The position numbers and the translations under genes are program-made. A DNA stretch of 30,808 bases from a virus (lineage: Duplodnaviria > Caudoviricetes). The stretch is from positions 1 to 30,808 of IMG/VR virus record IMGVR_UViG_3300021517_000016; one strand, written 5' to 3'. This document shows, piece by piece, positions 1-7,787 of the stretch (its first letter is position 1; every line of letters begins with the position of its first letter). The notes under the pieces were generated by a model, which made no database searches, was not told the origin of the DNA, and saw only the letters and a program-made list of their open reading frames with translations.

Positions 1-618
1 CCCGGCGGCGGGGGCGGCCCCGGCGTCCAAGGCAGCCCAAGCATCCCGGGCGTACCAGATGGCCCCGGCAGTCCAGGCGTTCCAGGCGTTCCAGTCCCGG
101 GCGTCCCGGACGGCCCCGGCGGTCGGATAGTGTCGGAGCGCCCAATTGTCGAGGCCCCGGTGCTTGAGAGCGGTGCGCAGGGAATACTCCACGCGCTCGT
201 TGTCCTGTTCGGGCCGGGAGAGGGCGTAACGCCAGTGCATCTGTGACGTAGCCATCCGAACGGCGTGCTTCCCGAACGGCTCCGACATACGCCCCACTGC
301 CCTCTCGACCTCCCCTTCATCTAGTACCCCGAGGATCGTCAGTCGTGAGCACCGCAGCTTGACACCGCGTTCCACGGTGTCGCGGGATCCCCGCACGTGC
401 AGCAGCACAGACGGCCGCCCGCTAGGCCACAGTCCGCCGATGCGCAACGCATCCTCCGGCTTTGCGCAGAAGTGCCAACCGGGGGCGCACGAATTCGGGC
501 CGGTGTCCAGGGTCACCTTGTCGAGCGTCTTGCGCTTCCCGTCCCATACGGGCGGGCCGCCCTGGATCGGCGGGCGATAGTCGTGGGTTAGGACTTTGTA
601 GCCTTCTCTCGTGATCAC
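1..618 (-). CDS. Phage hypothetical protein, DUF7666-like N-terminus plus Ala/Trp-rich repeats; runs off the window
   Basis: Not in the ORF track because it has no stop in the window. Translated by hand from GTG at 618, which overlaps the preceding TGA (GTGA): MITREGYKVLTHDYRPP...SCAPGWHFCAKPEDAL...ARDWNAWNAWTAGAIWYARDAWAA. The YK...CxxGxHxC pattern followed by AW repeats is common in phage early genes. Confidence 0.7.
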   Translation of the reverse strand, partial: MITREGYKVLTHDYRPPIQGGPPVWDGKRKTLDKVTLDTGPNSCAPGWHFCAKPEDALRIGGLWPSGRPSVLLHVRGSRDTVERGVKLRCSRLTILGVLDEGEVERAVGRMSEPFGKHAVRMATSQMHWRYALSRPEQDNERVEYSLRTALKHRGLDNWALRHYPTAGAVRDARDWNAWNAWTAGAIWYARDAWAALDAGAAPAAG

Positions 619-977
619 GCCTCTGGCCCAGGCCCGATAGGAGTCAGGGGCCGACCCTCGATTTCGCCTTCATAGGAAGCTCCATCTCCCTCCCATACCG
701 GTTCGGACACGGTACGAACACGACACTCGGTGACGATCACGTCGCCAGGGAGAGGAATCCCGTCGCCTCCGGAGCGGGCCGTTGCCTCGTTCCCTCGTAG
801 CTCGCAGTCTGCCGCGTACCCATTGAAGGGGTCGATGATCTGGCTACTGTACTCAAGCTGGTAGGGCATGTAAGGGGGTGTAGGCTTAGGATCCCCCGAG
901 ACGGTAAGCACTACAGCGACGACTAGGACGACACCTAGACCGCCGGCGAGGGCGTATGCAGCGTAGATGAGTTTCAC
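615..977 (-). CDS. Membrane-anchored hypothetical protein
   Basis: N-terminal hydrophobic segment (LIYAAYALAGGLGVVLVVAVVLTV); 4-nt start/stop overlaps with both neighbours. Confidence 0.7.
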   Translation of the reverse strand: MKLIYAAYALAGGLGVVLVVAVVLTVSGDPKPTPPYMPYQLEYSSQIIDPFNGYAADCELRGNEATARSGGDGIPLPGDVIVTECRVRTVSEPVWEGDGASYEGEIEGRPLTPIGPGPEA

Positions 978-1435
978 CAGCCGTCTCCGTCGTCATCCGC
1001 AATTGGGTAGATGGCTGCTGATGCGGCTCGTGCGGCCTTTGACTTGGGCACCCCCCGGCTCTTCTTGGTAGCTGCCTCAGCGTCGTCGTCCTCATCGGCC
1101 ACCAGGCCGAGAGCAGCCATCAAGGCATAGCGACGTGCGTACGTAATCGCGCTCCCCTGGCCCTGTGGGTCATCCTTCGCCAGCACCAGGAGCATGGTGT
1201 CCTCGATGGATTCCCCGGTTTCCTCGTGCACGATCGACGTGCGCAGGGCAGGCTCACCACCTACGGTGGTGGGAAGCTGCAGAAGGAGCAACCCGTTCGA
1301 GTTCAGCACCGGGAGGATCTGCTCCATCAGGGAGTCGAGACTGATGTATCGGTTCTTGAAGTGTGGATTGATGCTGTTCTTTTGTAGACTAGGTGCGCTC
1401 TGCTGGACTGCTAGGAGCGCTGAGTAGAGGCTCAA
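974..1435 (-). CDS. erf: ERF-family single-strand annealing protein
   Basis: NPHFKNRYISLDS and the ERF signature QGQGSAITYARRYALMAALGLVADEDDD. Start placed at TTG 1435 behind AAGGA, rather than at 1486. Confidence 0.92.
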   Translation of the reverse strand: MSLYSALLAVQQSAPSLQKNSINPHFKNRYISLDSLMEQILPVLNSNGLLLLQLPTTVGGEPALRTSIVHEETGESIEDTMLLVLAKDDPQGQGSAITYARRYALMAALGLVADEDDDAEAATKKSRGVPKSKAARAASAAIYPIADDDGDGW

Positions 1436-2270
1436 TGTGTTCGTATCCTTTCCGTGGTACGTAGATCCCCTCCACGTACTCTCCAATCTTGGTCGTACCC
1501 TGCTTATTGCAGTCGCAGAGAGAGTCGTCGTAGGGGCAGAACTGACATGACCAGTGCGGTACGAGCTTTAGCTCGTATTTGTCACCATTGCGATAGAGCT
1601 TCTGGACACGAGCCATAGGCTCGGCCAGGGCTGCCGTCACGAACTTCCCACTATCGGGAAGGGAGCTTAGGTATTCCTTAGTGAGCTCCCACCGGGCTTC
1701 CATCTCCCCCCATACCTGATCCCGGGGAAGGGGCATCGTCTCTACGATGGTGGGCGTCGGAGGCTCTCCGGCCCTCATGTCGTCATTCAACGGCAGGTAC
1801 ATCACGAACACTCGCTTACGCAGAGGAAACTTCCCTGCCGCTAGCGCCCAATAGTACGCGGATAGCTGCCAGAGATGCTCCTCTTTCGGGCCTTCACGTA
1901 CATAGGGCAGGCCCTCGCCCTTGATGGTCTTTAGGTCGCCTAGGATAAAGGCTCGGTCAGTGGGGCTATAGAACACCCAGTCGGCCGTCCCGGCCCACCC
2001 ATCAGGTAACCATGGCTCGCAGTTGACCTCGGTAATGGTCAACCCCTTCTTGACTAGAAGTTCTTGGTAGTACTTGTGCCAGAGAGTGCCGGTCATGAGG
2101 CGGATCCTCGATACGAGGGGTTCCTCATTCCGGGGTGCTCCGGCTACTCGAAGTTGGGAGTGTCGCAGGGGGCCGATCAGGTCACCACTAGGGTGCAGCA
2201 ACCCATCGTTAGGCCGATCATCAGCCACCAGCCCCGCCTGTAGGATCCCAACGAGGTCAAACGGAAGCAT
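1389..2270 (-). CDS. PD-(D/E)XK (Cas4/RecB-like) exonuclease
   Basis: Motifs HPS, GTLWH, E...GTAD...GDLKT, QLSAY and C-terminal CxxC...CxC; adjacent to ERF. Start placed at ATG 2270 behind GGAGG. Confidence 0.85.
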   Translation of the reverse strand: MLPFDLVGILQAGLVADDRPNDGLLHPSGDLIGPLRHSQLRVAGAPRNEEPLVSRIRLMTGTLWHKYYQELLVKKGLTITEVNCEPWLPDGWAGTADWVFYSPTDRAFILGDLKTIKGEGLPYVREGPKEEHLWQLSAYYWALAAGKFPLRKRVFVMYLPLNDDMRAGEPPTPTIVETMPLPRDQVWGEMEARWELTKEYLSSLPDSGKFVTAALAEPMARVQKLYRNGDKYELKLVPHWSCQFCPYDDSLCDCNKQGTTKIGEYVEGIYVPRKGYEHIEPLLSAPSSPAERT

Positions 2271-2406
2271 AGACCTCCATAGGGAGTTATTTATATCCCG
2301 GAATCTGTGCTCTTCAAGGCAGTCCACAGAGGGTAGTCCGCCCGTTGTATCCTCGGGCTGGTGCCCCTCAGGGGAGAGGTTTCCCTCTCTGCCATCCGGT
2401 AGGGCT

Positions 2407-2415
2407 ACTGTAGCA
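2407..2415 (-). promoter_or_regulatory. Possible extended -10 promoter (TGcTACAGT)
   Basis: TGnTANNNT on the minus strand in the gap upstream of the exonuclease; no clear -35. Confidence 0.3.
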
Positions 2416-2422
2416 CATATTC

Positions 2423-2659
2423 CTACGGGTTCTCAGAACTTAATCCCCCCATAATGGAGGGGAGAATGTCCTGTACCCACTGTGTGTCGCTCTCTAGCGT
2501 GTTATACAAGGTGTCAAGTGCCGACCCGGGCGTCTTCCCGCTGAGTGCCGCCACCGCAAAGAGACAGGCTACCAAGTTCCGTGTAGCAAGCTCGATATCG
2601 GCAAGGTCAATCAGCACACGTGCCAGATCGAATGTGTAGTCAACGTCCTCATTCGGCAT
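2423..2659 (-). CDS. Hypothetical protein (78 aa)
   Basis: ATG-initiated ORF with helical protein-like composition; first gene downstream of the GTAC array. No SD is visible, so it may be leaderless. Confidence 0.6.
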   Translation of the reverse strand: MPNEDVDYTFDLARVLIDLADIELATRNLVACLFAVAALSGKTPGSALDTLYNTLESDTQWVQDILPSIMGGLSSENP

Positions 2660-2660
2660 A

Positions 2661-2892
2661 TAGTGTACTTCGCTGTACTTAGTGCCAGTACGATTCAGTA
2701 CTTCACTATTCTGTACAGTACTCTACTTTTAGTATACTAGGCCCCTTAAGGGGCCTTAGTACTATTCAGTGCCAGTACGATTCAGTACGATTCGTAGTGT
2801 ACTGTTTCGTACAGTACCGTACAGTACTATTCAGTACTGTACTGTATAGTACTATACTGTACTATATAGTATACTATACAATAAAGTACTTA
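2661..2892. repeat. AT-rich GTAC/AGTACT repeat array with an 18-bp perfect palindrome (candidate origin or operator array)
   Basis: About 19 GTAC tetramers counted by eye in about 230 nt; 10-bp units CAGTACGATT/CAGTACTATT; palindrome AGGCCCCTTAAGGGGCCT at 2739-2756. Confidence 0.8.
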
Positions 2893-2929
2893 AAGATCAT
2901 TAGAGAGCCCTCTTGATCGTCTCGATCCA

Positions 2930-3050
2930 TCGCAAAGCGATTCTAAGCGATTCTAAGAGCTTCTCAACCTCGGGGGTAGGTGGAAGTACCATCGCGGCCT
3001 TCTCGGCCCTTAGGAGGGCTGTGAGAGCCTTCTGGAGGGTCTTCTGAGGG
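2930..3050. promoter_or_regulatory. Element with 10-bp periodicity (TTCTAAG arms around a GGGGGTAG core)
   Basis: AAGCGATTCT-AAGCGATTCT-AAGAGCTTCT, then GGGGGTAG, then CTTAG and phased GAGGG/GAGAG units. Similar elements lie at 11330-11515. Confidence 0.4.
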
Positions 3051-3053
3051 GTA

Positions 3054-3866
3054 CTAGCCATCGTATCCGCTTCCCCTGCTCTGAAGGGAGTCCAAATAGC
3101 GGTAGTTTACGTCCAGTTCGAGCTCCTCGGCAATAGCCTCGGCGTACGCTTTGAGGGTGAGGGGAGACATCGCTGGGGCTGAGTTCACTTCCAGGATCTT
3201 ATGCTCCCCTTCGGCTGTCACGATTAGATCCACTGCACCATAGACCAAACCGACGCTATGGACAGCCCGGATAGCATCCTCAACCCGGTTAGGGCGTAGC
3301 TGTAGCCTCGGGGTTCGGAACCTATAGCCTTGTGCGTGGTTCTTGATGTAGGGATTGGTGTTCTGCTCAGGGTAGTCTAGATACTTCCCCTGGATGCGAA
3401 TAGCGCGATCCCGGTAGACGTGGACTCGGTACTCCCTGGTATTCGGTACATACTCTGTATAGAGTTCGTGTGTGGGCGGGATGTAGTCCAGACCATAGCG
3501 ATACACACTAATGTTACGACCACGGGATCCCTGGCGGGATCTCCCCAGGATTAGCGAGTCGGAAATAAGGCTCCGCCCTGTAATAGTATCCACCAGGGAG
3601 GGTAGTGAGGCACCAAAACACGGGGTCGGGATGCCCGCATTCGACAAGGCGTAGAAGGTTGAAAGCTTGTCGCTGGAGGCGCGGATGGCGTCGGCTGAAC
3701 TCAGCAACTCCCGGGCCGAAGATTCGGATTGTCCCGTTACGGGATGGCTCGTGCCAAACCTTATAATATACCGGCATCCCGGAATAGATGATTGGGTCGC
3801 ATAGGGGACGCCCAAGCTCCTCGCTAGTCTCCGGCCCGTCGGCGCCGTCTCCCGACAGGTAACCAA
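3054..3866 (-). CDS. RimK-like ATP-grasp ligase (phiEco32 type)
   Basis: IIRFG, ASSDKL..F..L...GIPTP, GSRGRNI, EYVPNTREYRVHV, KNHAQGYRF, GLVYGAVDLI, LEVNSAP. TTG start 7 nt after GGGAG. Confidence 0.9.
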   Translation of the reverse strand: MVTCRETAPTGRRLARSLGVPYATQSSIPGCRYIIRFGTSHPVTGQSESSARELLSSADAIRASSDKLSTFYALSNAGIPTPCFGASLPSLVDTITGRSLISDSLILGRSRQGSRGRNISVYRYGLDYIPPTHELYTEYVPNTREYRVHVYRDRAIRIQGKYLDYPEQNTNPYIKNHAQGYRFRTPRLQLRPNRVEDAIRAVHSVGLVYGAVDLIVTAEGEHKILEVNSAPAMSPLTLKAYAEAIAEELELDVNYRYLDSLQSRGSGYDG

Positions 3867-4089
3867 GCATAATCTCCCTACAGGCAGGACAGTCTCCTCG
3901 TATTAGTGATGTGATTGAGTCAAAGTCAAAGTGAGCTTCGTTTGTGAAGGAATCTATCCCGCACAGGCTTGTAGGTCTTTCAGAACCGACGTTACTTAGG
4001 TAGTGTAAGGCCACCCCGTCATCGACTGTTGTTATCCATCCGGAACTATATCGCCTTGGGTTCAGAAATTCAGGCGAAATAATTAGCAT
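3514..4089 (-). CDS. Hypothetical protein with a possible Zn site (H...LCG...CPAC); 3' half overlaps the ATP-grasp gene
   Basis: Strong SD (GGGAGG, 7 nt before ATG). The N-terminal half fills the gap between genes; there is a 353-nt out-of-frame overlap with the ATP-grasp gene. Confidence 0.55.
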   Translation of the reverse strand: MLIISPEFLNPRRYSSGWITTVDDGVALHYLSNVGSERPTSLCGIDSFTNEAHFDFDSITSLIRGDCPACREIMLGYLSGDGADGPETSEELGRPLCDPIIYSGMPVYYKVWHEPSRNGTIRIFGPGVAEFSRRHPRLQRQAFNLLRLVECGHPDPVFWCLTTLPGGYYYRAEPYFRLANPGEIPPGIPWS

Positions 4090-4101
4090 TAGCTTGCCTC
4101 C

Positions 4102-4347
4102 CTATGCGCTCGGTCGGTTCATGATTTCTTTCAGGGCAACCCGACACCCAGAGCACATAGAGCCGGCTCTAATAGACATACCCTGTGGTTTGTACTCGCT
4201 AAGGCGAGTCCGGTTAAACGCCCCAAGGGGGCGACCACAAAGCCCTTGGTTATTTTGTCCGATGATACACCGCTCCGAACTGAATTCGCCGCTGAAAAAG
4301 CTACGATACCGCGTTTGTATAGTTACCGCAGGCCCCTGACGCCTCAT
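4102..4347 (-). CDS. Small Cys-containing hypothetical protein (LCG...CSGC)
   Basis: ATGA overlap with the amidotransferase stop; zinc-finger-like Cys spacing. Confidence 0.6.
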   Translation of the reverse strand: MRRQGPAVTIQTRYRSFFSGEFSSERCIIGQNNQGLCGRPLGAFNRTRLSEYKPQGMSIRAGSMCSGCRVALKEIMNRPSA

Positions 4348-5693
4348 GCCGGCGCCTCCGCAGCCATTTCACTCGACCACTCTGCCCATACCTCGTTCTC
4401 TACGTCACTGTAGAGTACATCGAGGTCATTGTAGAGTTCAGTGTGCTTCTCGCTTGTCACGTTCGCGTGAAAGAGCATGTACTGGATGAGCTGTTCGGGG
4501 ATGCCGGATGACGCAGCCATGCGGCTGATTGTCCGCTTATGGACGAAGGTGTCTAGGTCTGCGAGGTCAAGTAGGGACTCCCATTCGTTTTGCGAGAATT
4601 TATAGTAGTCCGCCGGACTGTTTGAGACACCAGCCGTCTCCTTCTCCTGGGTGCTCAGCATGCTGCGGCAGTCCAAGCACATATCGCCGTAGTCCAGCAC
4701 AAAGGCCATGTGAATCTCTGCGACGACGCCCTTACAGTGTCGGCATGTGTGCCACTTACCGTTATGCTCATTCCAGAACTCCGGGTCGGCATCCACCCTT
4801 TCCTCCCAACGGATAGCCAAACCCTGATTGGCAGCCCGAATCAGGCCTACTGCCTTCTCAAAGTCAGCAGTCTGCACGACCCCGTTCGGGGTCTGACGCT
4901 CCCAGCCGGTCTTACAGGCCGGGGCTTTGAAGTCTCCGTCCCACGACTTTGTGCTCACATACTTCTTTGTCTCGAAGTCGTCGAGACGCCTAATACCATC
5001 CTTGGTCACCGACAGTGCCACGCCGGAGATTAGGTAGTCCGTGAACATGTCCTTGTGGGGGACTTGGTTAGTGATAGCCTTCCAGGCTCGCTGGATCGCT
5101 ACCTGGGTCGAAGCCCAGACAACAATGTTCTCGGTTTCGATGGTGACGAGGGGACTAGTTGGCCCCTTGAGCAGCAATACCCGGTTCCGGTCATCGGTGT
5201 TCACCGCCGCGACAGCGAAAGATCCCGACAGCATCTTGGTAGCTTCCTGATAGTTGTCGAGTCCGTGGTGGTCAAGAGCTGCGGCGACTGCCTGGCTGTC
5301 TACCTCGGCCGATCGCTGAATACCAAGCTCCCGGAACACTTCGTCGTCGTTCGTGATGTGGCCGTTGTGGGTTAGAAATGTTGAGCCAAGCATCACCGGA
5401 TGGTTATTGGCCCACACACTCTCGTGTCCCTTGGTGACATAGCGGGTATGTGCCAGAGCGGCATGGCAGGTGTCGAGCAGCCGGCGACGAGCCTTGATGA
5501 AGGTAGAAGCGCTGAGCGCTTTCTTCTCGATGCTGATCTTGTTTGCTCCAACAGACAGGACGCCGGTAGCGTCTTTGCCTCGCGGCTCAATACCAAGTAG
5601 TAGTTCGTCAAGGAAGCGCTCCAAAAGGCCACGCTGCCCGCTTTCGTGCAACACGTCTGGGTTCTTTAGAAAGAACCCGGCAATACCACAAAT
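4344..5693 (-). CDS. Class II (Ntn) glutamine amidotransferase with a C-terminal CxxC..CxxC extension; ATT start codon
   Basis: In-frame upstream extension reads ATT-TGT-GGT-ATT-GCC-GGG = (M)CGIAG, 6 nt after AGGAG. Motifs RGKDATG, HTRYVT, NNHP, THNGHI, VDSQ, GSFA. Confidence 0.92.
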   Translation of the reverse strand: MCGIAGFFLKNPDVLHESGQRGLLERFLDELLLGIEPRGKDATGVLSVGANKISIEKKALSASTFIKARRRLLDTCHAALAHTRYVTKGHESVWANNHPVMLGSTFLTHNGHITNDDEVFRELGIQRSAEVDSQAVAAALDHHGLDNYQEATKMLSGSFAVAAVNTDDRNRVLLLKGPTSPLVTIETENIVVWASTQVAIQRAWKAITNQVPHKDMFTDYLISGVALSVTKDGIRRLDDFETKKYVSTKSWDGDFKAPACKTGWERQTPNGVVQTADFEKAVGLIRAANQGLAIRWEERVDADPEFWNEHNGKWHTCRHCKGVVAEIHMAFVLDYGDMCLDCRSMLSTQEKETAGVSNSPADYYKFSQNEWESLLDLADLDTFVHKRTISRMAASSGIPEQLIQYMLFHANVTSEKHTELYNDLDVLYSDVENEVWAEWSSEMAAEAPA

Positions 5694-5702
5694 AGTGTTC
5701 TC

Positions 5703-7589
5703 CTACTCGTCGTCATCTTCGATATCATCAGCAGGGAAATACTCAAGCCGGTCTTCGTCCTCGAACCCGTCGTACTCGATGTCCTCAAGTGGGACACTAG
5801 GATCCCGAGCCAGCGCAAGCTCCACGCCTCGTCGGGAGGCGGGATTTCGTGGGGCCTTCTTAGAGAACCCCTCTGCTTGTGGAAGATCTAGCAAGGAATC
5901 CAGATAGACCGGCCCGAGATTTACAAGCTGGCTCTGCTTACAGGCATAGACCAAGGAGTCCCGCTCCGCCGCCGTTAATGGCAGGTTGATGTGCATCCAC
6001 TCAAGTCGCGCTTTGATTCCCCTTTTCTCAGTGATCCTAAGCCCATTCCAGTTCTGTTCCCTCCAGGGAAGAAATACGAAGTCTTCTGGAACGAAGTCCT
6101 CCCGAGCGTGTGCCCAGGCTGTCAAGGCCTGTTGTACGGCCAGCCATGCGTGCAAAATCCGAGGCGTAATCTCGGCATTCCATAGCCGCCACTCAGCGGT
6201 AGCCTTACCAAGGTTGCACTGGCAAAGGTCAAACATCCCGGCCCTGTATGCCCCACATTCACAGTTGCGAATAGCGGACATGTAGTTTGAAAGATTTAGC
6301 CCATGGCGACTCGGTCTATATTCACGAGCAAATTCCAGCACCGAGGAATATGGGCCGTAATCATCCGGCCGAGAATAAGAAGAGCCCTGAATGGATCGGT
6401 GAGACTCAGAGCCGGAACCCGCCAAAAAGTATAGTGGGGCTTCGAGATACCGAAACATATGGTGATAGACCCACAAATCCCGCATGTTGAAGTCGTGAAG
6501 GTCGATGTGGATATGTCCTCCGGCACGGTGCGAGAACACGATATCTCCGATTTCACGCAGCCCACGCAGTACCTCGGTTACGCGAAGCAATGCTGCCGCA
6601 TGATTCTCGCTGTCCAAGTCCAGGAGGTAGGAGACAAGCTCCCCCCCTGAGACAGAGCTGTCTCTCTTGAGAACACACGGGGTACGTGACGTACTGTCTC
6701 CGTCTGCCGTGTAGCGGGCCAGTTGCCCGTGACCCACTAGACCGGCGCTATTTAGCACTTGGAGTGCAGTCGGGCCGGATCCGTCAAATTCCGTCTCAAT
6801 CGAGACGGTGCGAATCGGACGTGCGTCGGAGCTCGGCAGCAACATAGAGCCAGATGAGGGAAGTTCTTCGGGACTCCACCGCTCAAACTCGGCACGAAGC
6901 TCCGTCCGCTTGGCGACCTCGCATATAGGGCAACACCGGCCAACGAAGCTCCTAAGGACGACATGCCGTGTATGGGGGTGATACAACTCACAAACTGGAC
7001 ATATGCGGCCTATACAGGTGGTGCAATAGCGCCCCCCGCCTTCTGAAGATTCCTGGAGCTCGTCTTCCAAAAACTCCTGGGCACATCCCGAACAGCGCTC
7101 CCGTGGAGCGCAGCTCTCACACAGGGTGAACCGACTCCCTACGGCGAGAAGAGTATTACAGCCCTCTACTTCGCAGGCACGAAAGCAGTTGGCACAATAA
7201 CCGTCCTCTGACAAGGCCAGACCAAAGACGTGGCAATTCTCACATGCTGTTACCCTGAGACACCCTGGACATGCCCCGAGCGGGGCTGGCACCTCGCAAC
7301 TGAGACACTGCGGCTCGACCTCGGAGAACCAACGATCGTTGTTCGGGCTATCAGACGGCTCGAACGCCCACGTACTCCATACCAAGAAGGTCAGGTACGA
7401 TGTGGGGGAGAGATTCCCGATAGCGGTAGGCCTAAGTGCAAGGCCGTTCGCGTTCGCCCAATCGCGCAGTTCGAGGTACCGCCGACGCAACTCAACAGCG
7501 GAGATATTCAGCTCTCGCAGGCTTGCGGTGCTCTCGTCGATAGCCTGGAAGCTGTCGGGAAGCCTACTAATGGACGTAAGAGTCGGCAT
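5703..7589 (-). CDS. Putative amidoligase (COOH-NH2 ligase, Amidoligase_2-like) with a long Cys-rich N-terminal region
   Basis: C-terminal motifs SIETEF, KRDSSV..GELVS, GGHIHI, LNL, TAEWR; about ten CxxC-type pairs in the N-terminal third; directly upstream of a class II amidotransferase. Confidence 0.85.
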   Translation of the reverse strand: MPTLTSISRLPDSFQAIDESTASLRELNISAVELRRRYLELRDWANANGLALRPTAIGNLSPTSYLTFLVWSTWAFEPSDSPNNDRWFSEVEPQCLSCEVPAPLGACPGCLRVTACENCHVFGLALSEDGYCANCFRACEVEGCNTLLAVGSRFTLCESCAPRERCSGCAQEFLEDELQESSEGGGRYCTTCIGRICPVCELYHPHTRHVVLRSFVGRCCPICEVAKRTELRAEFERWSPEELPSSGSMLLPSSDARPIRTVSIETEFDGSGPTALQVLNSAGLVGHGQLARYTADGDSTSRTPCVLKRDSSVSGGELVSYLLDLDSENHAAALLRVTEVLRGLREIGDIVFSHRAGGHIHIDLHDFNMRDLWVYHHMFRYLEAPLYFLAGSGSESHRSIQGSSYSRPDDYGPYSSVLEFAREYRPSRHGLNLSNYMSAIRNCECGAYRAGMFDLCQCNLGKATAEWRLWNAEITPRILHAWLAVQQALTAWAHAREDFVPEDFVFLPWREQNWNGLRITEKRGIKARLEWMHINLPLTAAERDSLVYACKQSQLVNLGPVYLDSLLDLPQAEGFSKKAPRNPASRRGVELALARDPSVPLEDIEYDGFEDEDRLEYFPADDIEDDDE

Positions 7590-7705
7590 CAGTTCAGGCT
7601 GAAGTACGCTACGTAGGGTACTGGCTCTCCGCTTTCCAACTCAGGGAGCCAAACCAGGTAACGATAGAAGGTAGAAAGACGACGAGGGAAGTATCGGCTA
7701 TACAT
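7589..7705 (-). CDS. Small ORF (38 aa) MYSRYFPRRLSTFYRYLVWLPELESGEPVPYVAYFSLN
   Basis: Below the ORF-track cut-off. AGGAG upstream; its TGA overlaps the amidoligase ATG (TGATG). Confidence 0.5.
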   Translation of the reverse strand: MYSRYFPRRLSTFYRYLVWLPELESGEPVPYVAYFSLN

Positions 7706-7787
7706 CTTCTCCTGCATCCTCCGGATGTCTAAGCGCCTTGATCCGCTTCCTCATAGGCGAGTCATCTTTGCTGTCTCTCTTAGTCAT
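7698..7787 (-). CDS. Small ORF (29 aa) MTKRDSKDDSPMRKRIKALRHPEDAGEDV
   Basis: ATGA overlap with the upstream gene's stop; its end overlaps the start of the 38-aa ORF. Confidence 0.4.
   Translation of the reverse strand: MTKRDSKDDSPMRKRIKALRHPEDAGEDV

Noticed and set aside
1-125. Short nucleotide repeats (CCAGGCGTT, GGCCCCGGC)
   Set aside because: Explained by the Ala/Trp-rich peptide repeats of the minus-strand gene 1..618.
2661-2892. CRISPR array or mini-array, given the nearby Cas4-like nuclease
   Set aside because: The repeats are 10-bp degenerate tandem units with no unique spacers; the nuclease is best explained as the exonuclease partner of ERF.
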